From an uncultured delta proteobacterium (GTDB taxonomy: Bacteria; Desulfobacterota; BSN033; UBA1163), in assembly GCA_963708295.1 (NCBI GenBank), contig CAVPSJ010000014.1, positions 306,491 through 370,490 on the forward strand: 64,000 bases of DNA, in the 5' to 3' direction. This document shows positions 20,160 to 29,831 of the stretch, piece by piece (positions within the stretch are counted from its first letter, which is position 1; each line of letters starts with the position of its first letter). Below the pieces are notes generated by a model, which saw nothing but the letters and a program-made list of their open reading frames with translations, searched no databases and had not been told where the DNA came from. A program made the translations under genes and the position numbers.

Positions 20160-21017
20160 CTATTCTTTCCCGAATAGCCCGGTGGGCTTGAAAGCCACGA
20201 TAAGAGCCATGGGAGCAAACAACGTGAAATAGGAGAGTTCGGGGACAAGGGCCTTCCCGAAGTTGTCGATCAGGCCGACCAGGATGCTCCCCACTGCGGA
20301 ACCTTTTAGGCTTCCCCTCCCGCCTACGATCACGACGACGAAGCCCAAAGAAAGGAGCTCGAAATCCAACCCCGGATACACTCCGAAGATGGGGCCACCG
20401 ATGACCCCACCGAAGGCAGCCAAAAAGGCCCCTAAACCAAACATGCATCCCGAGATCAGAGGAACGTTGAGACCCACTCCGCTCGCCATTTCGTGATCAT
20501 CCACTGCCGCCCGCAACTTGGCCCCAACGAGCGTTTTATCGTTGAAGAGCCATAGGGCGATGGCGACGAGAGCAGCCACGACGATAACGAAGAGGCGATA
20601 GACCGGAAATACGACTTGATAGATTTGCGTGGATCCTCTCAAGAATTCAGGGGAAGGAAGCGTGTAGGGGTCCCCTCCCCAGATCAAAAGTGCCAGGTCA
20701 CGAAACACCAGGGCAAATCCCAGGGTGATCATCATTTGCGGGAGCGCCTTCAAAGGAAACTTTCTCAAGAACCCCCGCTCCATGATCAAACCGACCACCC
20801 CGACGACCAGGCCTCCGGCAAAGGCCCCGAGAATGAAGCTCTTTGTGCGCAAGATCACGGAAAGACCGACATAAGCCCCCAGCATAAAATACGATCCATG
20901 GGCGATATTGACAATCTTCATCACCCCATAGATGAGAGAGAGCCCGCTGGCCAGCAAAAAGAGAAGGGCTCCGAAGGAAAGCCCGTTGAGTGTTTGAACC
21001 AATAAAAATTGACTCAA
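20160..21017 (-). CDS. livH: Branched-chain-type ABC permease (LivH-like)
   Basis: NGLSFG, ASGLSLIYG, NIAHG, LRAAVDD, VVIVGG, PTGLFG. TTG start chosen after SD gggag. Confidence 0.9.
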   Translation of the reverse strand: MSQFLLVQTLNGLSFGALLFLLASGLSLIYGVMKIVNIAHGSYFMLGAYVGLSVILRTKSFILGAFAGGLVVGVVGLIMERGFLRKFPLKALPQMMITLGFALVFRDLALLIWGGDPYTLPSPEFLRGSTQIYQVVFPVYRLFVIVVAALVAIALWLFNDKTLVGAKLRAAVDDHEMASGVGLNVPLISGCMFGLGAFLAAFGGVIGGPIFGVYPGLDFELLSLGFVVVIVGGRGSLKGSAVGSILVGLIDNFGKALVPELSYFTLFAPMALIVAFKPTGLFGKE

Positions 21018-21129
21018 GATAAGTTCTCCCGCGAGCGGGTGCAAAATAGGAATGTCCCTATTTTGCACCCGCCATGTTCAAAATCATTACTTGCTCTGTC
21101 TTTTCCATTCTGCCCTCGTTGCAAGAGCT

Positions 21130-22374
21130 TCAGGGCTTAACGGGTGGATATTCACGCGAGTAGACAGGCTGCTTTAGGAACTCCTCGGGTTTAGACTTCC
21201 AGAACTGCGAAACATTGGGATAAGTTTGAATCACCGTATTCTGAAGCTCTCCGCCCGATTTCTCAACTTTCCGGATATAGATGTTCTGAATCGGATTCCC
21301 GTAGTCGTCCAGCTTCATTGGCCCGCGAGGAACATCCTTGAGCTCAACCTTTCTCAAGGCCGCCATCAGCTTCCCTCTGTTCTCTACGTCTCCGTTAATA
21401 GACTTGATGGCTTCTACAATCCACCTGGCTCCCGTATAAGTCCCTTCGGAATAGTAAGAAGCGGCCTTCTTCGCTTTTTCACGGAAGGCCTTGACGAATT
21501 TCTTGTTGGCCGGGTTGTCCAGGACTTCGCTGTAATGAAGAGGAGTGATGATTCCTATGGCCTCATCACCCATTTGGGGGAGGGCATGTTCATCTGTGAC
21601 CGTCCCTCCGCCGATCAAAGGGACCTTTCCTTTGAGGCCGAATTCCTGGTATTGTTTGCAGAATTGCATCGTCTGCCGTCCGGAGAAGACCGCGAAAACG
21701 GCATCCGCGTCCTTCGAAAACTGAGAGAGGTAGGGGCTGAAATCCTGGGCGGTCAAAGGGACCCATATTTTTTGAAGGATCTTTCCTCCCGAATCCTCAA
21801 AAGCCTTGTGGAAGCCTCCGACGCACTCCCATCCGAAGGCGAAATCATATGCGATCACAGCGATCTTCTTGAATTTGAGGACATTATAAGCATATTCTCC
21901 AAAGGGCTGATGCGGTTGGCAGCTCGCCCACCCCGTCCGGATAATCCACTTGGGGATCTTTCTTTGAGTGATGTCATCGGCAGACATGATCGGGTAGGTC
22001 ATGGGGATTTCTTTGGAGTCGATATAGGGCGCGAGCGCGTATGCCGTCGAGGCCATCAGACCCCCTGTCATCAGATGGACTCCGTCTTTTTCAACCAGTT
22101 TTCTCGTCTTTGTCAGACCTGTGGCGGGATTCGCCTCGTCGTCCTCCACCAGGAGTTCGATCTTACGTCCCGCAACTTGATACCCAATCTCCTCAAGGTA
22201 GAGCTCGATACCTGTCAACATGTCCTTTCCATTTGCCGCCATGCCGCCAGAAAGAGGTGAGATATAGCCAATTTTGATCGGGCCCTTGGCTTGAGCGAAT
22301 GAGGCCGAAGGGCTTACCATAATGAGGCTGACTGCAATGACCACCGCAAAAACCGTCCATAACGCTTTTTTCAT
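21130..22374 (-). CDS. ABC substrate-binding protein (PBP1, Liv/aromatic-acid type), paralog 1
   Basis: Signal peptide, PIKIGYISPLSG, DFAFGWE. SD aaggagg. Confidence 0.92.
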   Translation of the reverse strand: MKKALWTVFAVVIAVSLIMVSPSASFAQAKGPIKIGYISPLSGGMAANGKDMLTGIELYLEEIGYQVAGRKIELLVEDDEANPATGLTKTRKLVEKDGVHLMTGGLMASTAYALAPYIDSKEIPMTYPIMSADDITQRKIPKWIIRTGWASCQPHQPFGEYAYNVLKFKKIAVIAYDFAFGWECVGGFHKAFEDSGGKILQKIWVPLTAQDFSPYLSQFSKDADAVFAVFSGRQTMQFCKQYQEFGLKGKVPLIGGGTVTDEHALPQMGDEAIGIITPLHYSEVLDNPANKKFVKAFREKAKKAASYYSEGTYTGARWIVEAIKSINGDVENRGKLMAALRKVELKDVPRGPMKLDDYGNPIQNIYIRKVEKSGGELQNTVIQTYPNVSQFWKSKPEEFLKQPVYSREYPPVKP

Positions 22375-22480
22375 CCTTCCGTTCCTCCTTCCTTAGTTTC
22401 TAAATGACCGAATTCTACCCACTCTTCTGCAAATTATAAAGCAGAGCATATTTATTATAGTTTGCATTAACCCCAGTTGG

Positions 22481-23068
22481 TCATGGCGAGGAAGAGTTTT
22501 TTTCCACAAACCTCCGAAGGCTCTTTGGCATCGTGCATTCGGGGACGAGCCCGGGTGCGGAAAGAGCCACCTCAACGGCCAGCTCAGCCCCTTTCTTATA
22601 AATCTCCCTGCACGAATTCTCCCTGTCGATCTTCTTGTAAAAGGGCCGAAGCATCGCGCAGCATTTCCCTCCCAGCTCTTCCTGAAACCGGTTGTGGAGA
22701 TGGGCCGACAAACGGCTGATGCATCCATACCTGGGTCCCACAGGTCCTGTCCTACCATAGAGGATACCGAGGATCAGGACTCCGGAGGCCAAAGCCCCGC
22801 ACATACATCCCGTCGGAGTTCCTTCCATTCCTGCTTCGTCAATCTTCACGGCTCCACCTCCTCCGTGGAATCCGGAGACCATCTTAGGAGGGGCAGGATT
22901 AACTTTTAGTTCGAGGATCTCTGCGACCGCAGCGAAGACGGATTCGCTTCAATGGTATCCCTGCTTACGGTTCAAATTGGCCAGCTGGCCTGCCCTTTTG
23001 GCAAGGGCGGCGATTCGGCGGGCCTTGATGCGATTGGCCGCAGGCGTTGTTTTGATCGGTTGCCTCAC
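22481..23068 (-). CDS. C_GCAxxG_C_C-family redox protein, probable selenoprotein (in-frame TGA at codon 40)
   Basis: GTG start at 23068 overlaps the upstream stop (GTGA), with SD gaggag. The frame is open for 39 codons to GYH-TGA(22949-22951)-SESV and continues in frame into CMCGALASG...KCC...SC. 195 aa if read through. Confidence 0.82.
22914..22948 (-). promoter_or_regulatory. Putative bacterial SECIS element
   Basis: After UGA the mRNA reads AGCGAAUCCG-UCU-UCG-CUGC-GGUC-GCAG-AGA. The G-initiated 4-nt loop begins 20 nt after UGA. Confidence 0.65.
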
Positions 23069-24327
23069 TTCAGCATCTCCTCTTCATACGGAAAGATCGT
23101 GAAGACCTCATGCCCCTTATCCGTAATGACCAGGTCCGATTCCAGGCGGACTGTTTGCTGAAGCAAAGGATGTCCGGCAAAGGTCTCCACGGCAAAATAC
23201 ATATTGGGTTTGATTTCAGCGGGATATTTCAGAGAATAGGCCCTCGAAATCCACATCCCTTCATAAAGGGTTAGCCCGATGGAATGGGCAAACTGCTGAA
23301 GGGTCACGGTTCCGTACTTGTCATCGTCGTAGAGAGGGAACTTTTCGGCCACATCCTTGCTGGTCTTGCCGGGTTGCATCATTTCAATGGCCGCCTGAAG
23401 GGAGTCATAGCATTCCTTATACAGGTCCTTTTCCTTCGGGGTTGGCTTTCCTTCGACCTTCCAGCAGCGCACATAGTCCACGAAATATCCGGAGGGTCCG
23501 ACGGTATTATTGTCGATAATGATCAGATCTCCTTGACGGATGATCTTGTCCGTGGGCCAGCGCCGGTAGGGGCTCGTGTTTCCGCCGGAGGCGACGATAA
23601 TCTCGTAGACGATTTCGCATCCCTTTTCGTACATGTACTCGATCATTTTCCCGGAAAGCTCCCGCTCGGTGATGCCTGGTTTGGCCCACTCATAACGCGC
23701 TTTATACGTACAGGCATCTCCAATGGCTGCGGACTGTTTCAAAAGCTCGATTTCATCCGGTGTTTTGATGACACGGGCAGCGGACATGGCCGGCATGGCG
23801 TTCACTACTTTTATCCCCTTCTTCTGAAAGGCGGCAAGCGAAGCCATATCGAGAGAATCGATTCCGATCTTTTCCTTCTCCACCTTGTGTTCCCGCAGGA
23901 CTTCGAGAACACTGTCAACCATGCGATCCACCATGTATTCCACGGCCCCTTCGGACCATCTCCAGGTGATGGCCGGGCGGATCCTTCCTTCCATCCAGGG
24001 AAGGTCCATCTTGGCGCAAACAAGGTCGGAGCCGGCCGTTTCGAAGAGGATGGGCTCTCCCCCTCTCGGAAGGACGGCGTAGCGGATGAAGATGTTATAT
24101 TTCCAGTTCCCCTGGAAAGAACTGGTCAGATAACGAATGTTCGCTCCGTCATATACGACCAGAGCCCCCAGATCATGGAGTTCCATCTGCTCCTTGGCTT
24201 TCGCCAGGCGGTCTTTCCGGAGCCGTTCAAAATTGACCCTTTCCTGCCAATCCGCACCCGTCAGGGAATAGACCCTCCGGGCATCGTACTCATGAGGTTT
24301 TCCGATAAACGAAATATCCTTTGCCAT
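23065..24327 (-). CDS. M24-family (Xaa-Pro peptidase/creatinase-like) metallo-enzyme
   Basis: Creatinase_N-like region (NIRYLT), RVIKTPDEI, and candidate metal ligands IIID, FVDY, AHSIG, AVET, RLES. Confidence 0.88.
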   Translation of the reverse strand: MAKDISFIGKPHEYDARRVYSLTGADWQERVNFERLRKDRLAKAKEQMELHDLGALVVYDGANIRYLTSSFQGNWKYNIFIRYAVLPRGGEPILFETAGSDLVCAKMDLPWMEGRIRPAITWRWSEGAVEYMVDRMVDSVLEVLREHKVEKEKIGIDSLDMASLAAFQKKGIKVVNAMPAMSAARVIKTPDEIELLKQSAAIGDACTYKARYEWAKPGITERELSGKMIEYMYEKGCEIVYEIIVASGGNTSPYRRWPTDKIIRQGDLIIIDNNTVGPSGYFVDYVRCWKVEGKPTPKEKDLYKECYDSLQAAIEMMQPGKTSKDVAEKFPLYDDDKYGTVTLQQFAHSIGLTLYEGMWISRAYSLKYPAEIKPNMYFAVETFAGHPLLQQTVRLESDLVITDKGHEVFTIFPYEEEMLK

Positions 24328-24381
24328 GTTCGTCCTCCTTCCCTTGTTCGGTTATTGAAATTTTGAAATCTCTTCTCAGGT

Positions 24382-25178
24382 TTATCTTTCCTTTCGCATC
24401 GAAGCCATAAGGGCTTCCTCTTCTTCCAGCATATGCTGTTTCATCGCCTCGACTGCTTTCTGGGAGTCTCTCGCCTCTAGGGCGTCGTAGATCTTCTTGT
24501 GGGCGGCGAGGGCTTTTTTGGGCGACCAGGGGATGCGGTATATTTTGGTCTGGCTCTTTCCGAATGAGATTGGCCAGCATGTCCCAGACCAGGATGAGAA
24601 CCTCGTTCTGTCCGATTTCTGCGATCAGGCGATGGAACCGGATTCCCGAAGAGATGAAGGCATCCTGATGGTCGATGTTCTTCTTCATTTCCTCGATGCA
24701 CCACCAGAGGCTTTTCAAAAACGAATCGTTTATCCGTTTGGCGGCGATGTCCACCATCCCCACCTCGAGCATCCTTCGAGTTTGCCAGAGTTTGACCAGA
24801 GTATCCCGCTCGATCTGGAGCCGGGTTCTGAGGGAGATGATTCAGGGATTCGATATAGGGGAGGAAGTTCACCTCCTTGACATAGATTCCGTCGCCCACT
24901 TTGATTTCGATCAGGCCCATGACGTCCAGGATTCGAAGGGCCTCCCTCAGGGAGTGGCGGCTGATGTGAAATTGCTGCGCCAGGCTCCGTTCGGAAGGGA
25001 GGCGGTCTCCGGGGGTGTATTTCTTCCTCAGAATCAACGTCTGAATCTGGTCGGCTGCATTTTCGTAGAGCCGAACCCGCCGGATGGGCTTTAACAGAAT
25101 CTCGCTCTCCGGCTCCGGCTTTTTAGAGGGCGCCGATGGGGGACGCGTTGGGAATCGACGGCCGATGACTTGATTCAC
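24382..25178 (-). CDS. FadR/GntR-family transcriptional regulator, two frameshifts
   Basis: wHTH PGDRLPSERSLA...ISRHSLREALRIL...GDGIYV, followed by an FCD domain (RFHRLIA...N..L, HKKIYDAL, MKQHM). Extra bases near 24840 and 24558. Confidence 0.87.
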
Positions 25179-25264
25179 ATCGAACCCTTTCTTTTTTCCT
25201 CCCAAGAAGTCACTGAGGGGAGAAGCGCGTTCCGAAGGGTGATCCTTCGGAAGACGAGGCGGTC

Positions 25265-25308
25265 AAGTGGTTAGACCAATTCATAGTACGGCTGAAATCT
25301 TTTGTCAA
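25265..25308 (-). promoter_or_regulatory. FadR-type operator next to a putative sigma70 promoter
   Basis: AAGTGGTTAGACCAATT (25265-25281) fits the TGGT-N3-ACCA FadR/PdhR-type palindrome. TTGACA on the minus strand at 25303-25308. Confidence 0.68.
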
Positions 25309-25395
25309 GGGGAAAATCAGGCTTTCCCTCCGAGATGACGGCGGGGTGATTTTACGAGACCGGAGGGTATAAGCAGAGAGGATCGGGTGTTTGGT

Positions 25396-26372
25396 TCAGC
25401 CCTTTGTCTTCTTTCGGACCACTTCGTCCCAGTTGATGCTGTACGAGGGCTTTCTTCCCTCCAGCACATCGACGGCGTTTTGAGCGGCCCCTTCAGCAAG
25501 CTGTGCCACTGCATCCCTGGTTAATGCACCCGTGTGCGGGGTGAGAATCACATTTTCCATTTGAAAGAACGGATGGGACGTTTCTGGGGGTTCCTTCGCG
25601 AAGACATCGAGGCCTGCCCCGGCGATCATTCCCTGCTGAAGGGCTTCGATCAGTGCCGGTTCATCAATGATCTCCCCCCGTGAGGTGTTGATGAGAAACG
25701 CCGTAGGTTTCATCCAGCTCAATTCTTTCTTTCCGATGAGTCTTTGCGTCTCGCTGCTCAACGGCACGTGGACGGAGAGAAAGTCGGACGTCTTGAACAT
25801 CTCTTCTCTCTCTTTGGTAAACACAAGACCGGGAAGATGGAGATCCTCGGGGTTGAGATAGGGATCGTAGCCCCAGACTTCCAACCCCAGGGGTGGCAGA
25901 TGTCAGCCACAATTCTGCCGATCCTGCCCAGACCGATGAGGCCGACCCTTTTTCCGAAAAGGCCCATGGGGCGATATTCGTACCGTGATTTGAAGTTTCC
26001 TTTTCGGACTTCTCTGTTGAGATAGAAGATCTGTTTTGACAGAGCCAGGATGAGCGTCACGGCAAGCTCTGCAACAAAACGGTCCTGGGGGCCCTTGACG
26101 CCGCACACCACGACGCTGGATTCCGTGGCGGCTTCGATGTCTACATTATCGAGTCCTCCTCCGGTCCGGGAGATCACCTCCAGATGGGGTGCTGATTCGA
26201 TCATCGATCGGGTGACTTTGGTGGCCGTCCGGACGATGAGGCCCTGGACTTCTTTCAACCGTTGCCCCACCGATTCTCCTGAGGGGTCCGGACTGATCAG
26301 GAAGTCCACCTTTCCTTCGAGCACCTTGATGCCGGCTTCATCAATGGGTTCTGCCAAGAGTACCTTTTTCAA
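25396..26372 (-). CDS. D-2-hydroxyacid dehydrogenase (SerA/glyoxylate-reductase-like), one frameshift
   Basis: RTGGGLDNVD, GLIGLGRIG, HVPL, INTSRG, GLDVF..EP, TPHTG. Frame change near 25890. Confidence 0.88.
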
Positions 26373-26402
26373 CGTCAACCTCCGGGTCTTATTTGTTACC
26401 CT

Positions 26403-26576
26403 CTACAGCAATTGGTCCAGTAACTCCATGAGTTCTGGATCGCCGCCTGCGGGTGGAGACCAGTTCACATGGATCACCGCCACCCCCTGAATTTGCAGGG
26501 CTTCAGCAAAATCTGCCACTCCGATATTGACCGCGATCGGGCCCTGGTGAAGGAGCTCTTCCAGTTTATTTGGCAC
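26403..26576 (-). CDS. Small FdrA-associated protein (57 aa)
   Basis: GTG start with SD ggagg inside the fdrA 3' end. Motif AVNIGV.DF..AL..QG..V.HV.W.PPAGG. Confidence 0.8.
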   Translation of the reverse strand: MPNKLEELLHQGPIAVNIGVADFAEALQIQGVAVIHVNWSPPAGGDPELMELLDQLL

Positions 26577-28131
26577 GAGTAACCTCCGAAAGACTTGATG
26601 CGAGGAGTGCACAAAACTGGGCCGCCTGAGCGCTGCTTGGGAAAACGGCGACCCCTGCTTCTTCGAGCACCCTGACCTGCTGCGGAAAGTTCTGGGGGTC
26701 TCCTTCTGTTCCGCATATTGAAGCAACGACGCTGAGGGATCCGCCCCTCTTCTTGGCCGCGGCTTTGGCCTCCTGGATTGCCGAGACCAGCTCGCCAGCC
26801 GGGTCGGGGGAAGCATTGAAGCCAAGCACAAAATCGAGAAGAAGAATTGCCACTTGCGGGTCCTGGCCTTCAGCCAGAATGCGATCACAGCGCAGGCGGG
26901 AGTCAATCATGGGATGGGGCTTTCCAACCGTAAAATCATCGGTTCCCATGTCCACCAGGGTGTGCTCCTCACTTCTCATGGGATCGGCCAATTTCACATT
27001 TCCATGGAGCGGGGCGTTCGAGTGGACGACGATGCCTGCGTCTTGGAGAATCTGCTGGGCCTGGAAGCAAAAGGTGCCGCCGGCGAAGATTCCGCGGAGG
27101 TATTGTTGCGCTGGATTCTTATTCACTTGTTCTCTTCCAGCAAGCTTCTGCAAATTGGATGAATTGGCATCAAAACGCGGCGGAGCGTGACCCGTTACCC
27201 TTTGAATGGCCATGGCAGCAGCATCATCCAACGTGCGGGCCGTCTTATAAGGAGCATCTGCGGAGAGAGACCCTTGTTTGAGCCCCAGGAAACAAGCGAC
27301 CAGGGGCTTTTGACACTGGCGCATTTTGGGAATGAGACTGGCAAGCGCCCGTTCTCCGGGGGGCTTGGACAAGATCGTGATGACTTCGGTCTGCGAATCG
27401 GAATCGAGGGCGTCTAAGGCGGTCAGGAAGGAGATGCCACCCACGGCATTCGAAAGGTCCCGGCTGCCGATTCCTATGGCCTGAGAGATCCCCGAGCCCG
27501 CCTGATGGACGAGGGAAGTGAATTCCTGGATCCCTGTGCCGGAAGCACCGATGACGCCAATGGGGCCGCGACGAACGGCGTTGGCGAAGCCAATTCCCTT
27601 GCCGCCGATGATGGCTGTGCCGCAATCAGGACCCATGACCATGAGGCCATGCTCACGGGCATACTCCTTGAGGGAGATCTCGCTCTCAACAGGGACATTA
27701 TCACTGAACAGGAATACGTTCAGGCCGTGCTCCAGCGCCTTCCGGGCTTCTCGGGCAGCATAGAAGCCTGGAACAGAAATAACCGCGAGGTTGGAATAAT
27801 GTTGCATCGCCATAGCTTCATCAAGAGTGCGGATATCGTCCCTCGGAGCAGAACCCAAGTCGATCGTTAACCAGCGATCTATGTCCTCAAGCATTGAGGC
27901 GAGAGCTTCTTGGCTGTCCGCTTTGACCGCTACAATAAGGTCGCTGGGTGTTGCTTCCGAAATCTCCTGACCTCTTACTTCAATTTCTTCGAGCAAGACT
28001 TTGTTCTTTTCCGTTCCCATCAGAGCCGCCGCCTGCAGAATACCCTTTTGCTGGGACAGGCGCTTGGCCACCCGCATCAGAAAAACAGAATCATGATATT
28101 CGTTCTTTCGGATAACGTATCCCGTCACCAT
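26566..28131 (-). CDS. fdrA: FdrA (AllF)-family acyl-CoA-synthetase-like protein
   Basis: YHDSVFLM, ISVPG, FLFSDNV, MGPDCGT, GASGTGIQE, SKPP, FAGGT, GKPHPMID, GTEGDPQ. Confidence 0.92.
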   Translation of the reverse strand: MVTGYVIRKNEYHDSVFLMRVAKRLSQQKGILQAAALMGTEKNKVLLEEIEVRGQEISEATPSDLIVAVKADSQEALASMLEDIDRWLTIDLGSAPRDDIRTLDEAMAMQHYSNLAVISVPGFYAAREARKALEHGLNVFLFSDNVPVESEISLKEYAREHGLMVMGPDCGTAIIGGKGIGFANAVRRGPIGVIGASGTGIQEFTSLVHQAGSGISQAIGIGSRDLSNAVGGISFLTALDALDSDSQTEVITILSKPPGERALASLIPKMRQCQKPLVACFLGLKQGSLSADAPYKTARTLDDAAAMAIQRVTGHAPPRFDANSSNLQKLAGREQVNKNPAQQYLRGIFAGGTFCFQAQQILQDAGIVVHSNAPLHGNVKLADPMRSEEHTLVDMGTDDFTVGKPHPMIDSRLRCDRILAEGQDPQVAILLLDFVLGFNASPDPAGELVSAIQEAKAAAKKRGGSLSVVASICGTEGDPQNFPQQVRVLEEAGVAVFPSSAQAAQFCALLASSLSEVTRAK

Positions 28132-28157
28132 TCTATTTCTCCGGCTATCCTGACCGA

Positions 28158-28325
28158 CCCTCCCTTGTATCCCCTCCCGTCAAGGGAGGGGGAAATAAAT
28201 GATTTCCCTCTCCCCTTATCCCTCCTTCCCTCCCTTTACAAAAGGGAGGAATTCCCCCCCTTTGACAAAGAGAGGTAACCTGCCTGCGCGAAGTCCCGCC
28301 TTGCGGGACGAAGGCAAGGGGAGAT
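28158..28325. repeat. Cluster of REP-like hairpins
   Basis: cccctcccgtcaagggagggg, tccctttacaaaagggagg, gtcccgccttgcgggac. Confidence 0.6.
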
Positions 28326-28410
28326 GCTCTGAAACCTATGTTTTCTTTATTATGAACTCCTTGGTCATTTCAGGTTCTTCTATTCCCCATTCCGCATTCT
28401 GCATTTGCAG

Positions 28411-29676
28411 TTACGATCGGCCCAGCCCGTATTTTCGGCCAAAGCTCAACAGGGCCTTTTTGAAGCATTCCATTGGAGCGCGGACCAGCCCGGCTCCGAT
28501 AATGGAATGACCGGGATTCTTATTGGCGATCGCGGTGTCGATGATGGGAGCAATTCCTGTCTGGACCACTTTACGTATATCGATACCTACTGGAGCTCCC
28601 TGAAAACCAAGCACAGGCATGCGGTAATTGGGACTGGTGCTCACCGTGATCTGACGCATTTCCCGGTTATACGCCATCGCCTCCTCGGGCGTGCCACCGA
28701 CCAGACTCAGGATTCCTGGGGCACCACACAGAACGAGCCCGCCCCAACCTACGGTCTCCGTAATCGCAGAATCTCCCATATCGGCGCCTGCGTCTTTTTC
28801 GCTGTAGCCGGGCAGGTACAGTCCATCCACTTTCGGCGACGGTGCGGTGAACCATTCATCTCCAAGGCCGCTGACACGGATTCCAAACTCCGTCCCATTC
28901 CGTGCCATGGTCACAACGACGGTGCTGTGCTCAATGCCCATTGCAGGGTCCGCCGAAGCTTTACCCGACGCCATGGAAAGACCAAGGAAAATGAGTTCAT
29001 GGTTCGTAATATAATTGATCGTACCCACCAGGTGATCTGTTTTGACGCCCGTTTCAATCATCGGCGCCACCATTGCATTTGCAAATAGACTTGAGGCAGC
29101 CATGGATCGATTATGCAACTCATCCCCCATTTGCAGTGCTTTAGCAATAATGGGCTTGAGAGGAAGTCCTCCCTTTTGAAGGAGACCTTTTCTGAGCGAC
29201 GGTGCCCAGACATCTCGCCAGAGGCGCAAGCCCTGTAGAGCCGAGTCGCTGTAATCGCCGAACTGCTGGCGTCCCTCCACCTGGCGACAGAAAGCCCGAT
29301 TCGCAAAGGCTTTATTCTCGACGACCCACACGGGCATCGACCAAGAGATCGTGCCAGCCATTGGGCCGACCGCGTGGTGGTGATGATTGGGTTCAATCTT
29401 AATGGCTCCGCTCTCGAGGAGCTTCACTGCCTCCTCTTCGTTCTTGGCCCAACCTTCGAAAAGAACCACACCGATCATGGCACCCCTCTGGGCACCGCAC
29501 ATGTGCTGCCAATCAATAGGCGGTCCGGAGTGCAGGATCATTCGATCTTCAAGACCCGGGATGACTTCTCCTGCGGGTGCAATATCGACCAGGACAGGAT
29601 CAGCGGCATTGATCCGTCTCACGGTCTCTAAGTTGGCAGCTTCAATCTTCTGTTTGATGTCTTCTGCAGGTGTCAA
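28411..29676 (-). CDS. ylbE: DUF1116 protein (YlbE/AllG-like)
   Basis: ILHSGPP, AVGPMAG, MGDELHNR, MARNG.EFGI, DMGDSAITE, GIDIRKVV, IGAG. TTG start after SD ggagg. Confidence 0.9.
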   Translation of the reverse strand: MTPAEDIKQKIEAANLETVRRINAADPVLVDIAPAGEVIPGLEDRMILHSGPPIDWQHMCGAQRGAMIGVVLFEGWAKNEEEAVKLLESGAIKIEPNHHHHAVGPMAGTISWSMPVWVVENKAFANRAFCRQVEGRQQFGDYSDSALQGLRLWRDVWAPSLRKGLLQKGGLPLKPIIAKALQMGDELHNRSMAASSLFANAMVAPMIETGVKTDHLVGTINYITNHELIFLGLSMASGKASADPAMGIEHSTVVVTMARNGTEFGIRVSGLGDEWFTAPSPKVDGLYLPGYSEKDAGADMGDSAITETVGWGGLVLCGAPGILSLVGGTPEEAMAYNREMRQITVSTSPNYRMPVLGFQGAPVGIDIRKVVQTGIAPIIDTAIANKNPGHSIIGAGLVRAPMECFKKALLSFGRKYGLGRS

Positions 29677-29831
29677 CGTTCTCCTCCATTCGTATCTTTG
29701 ACCTTCTCTTCTCAACCTCGCTTCCTTCCAGAGTCCTATTCCCTTTGCCTATCAAAGACCGCAATTCTAAAACTTTGAAGATATTCTCGCTCGCCCGACT
29801 CTCCCGATTCTTTCATAGCTTCAGGGAGAGA

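Noticed and set aside
18980-24366. Long plus-strand ORFs (18980-19900, 21226-22260, 23284-24366)
   Set aside because: Antisense shadows of well-supported minus-strand genes.
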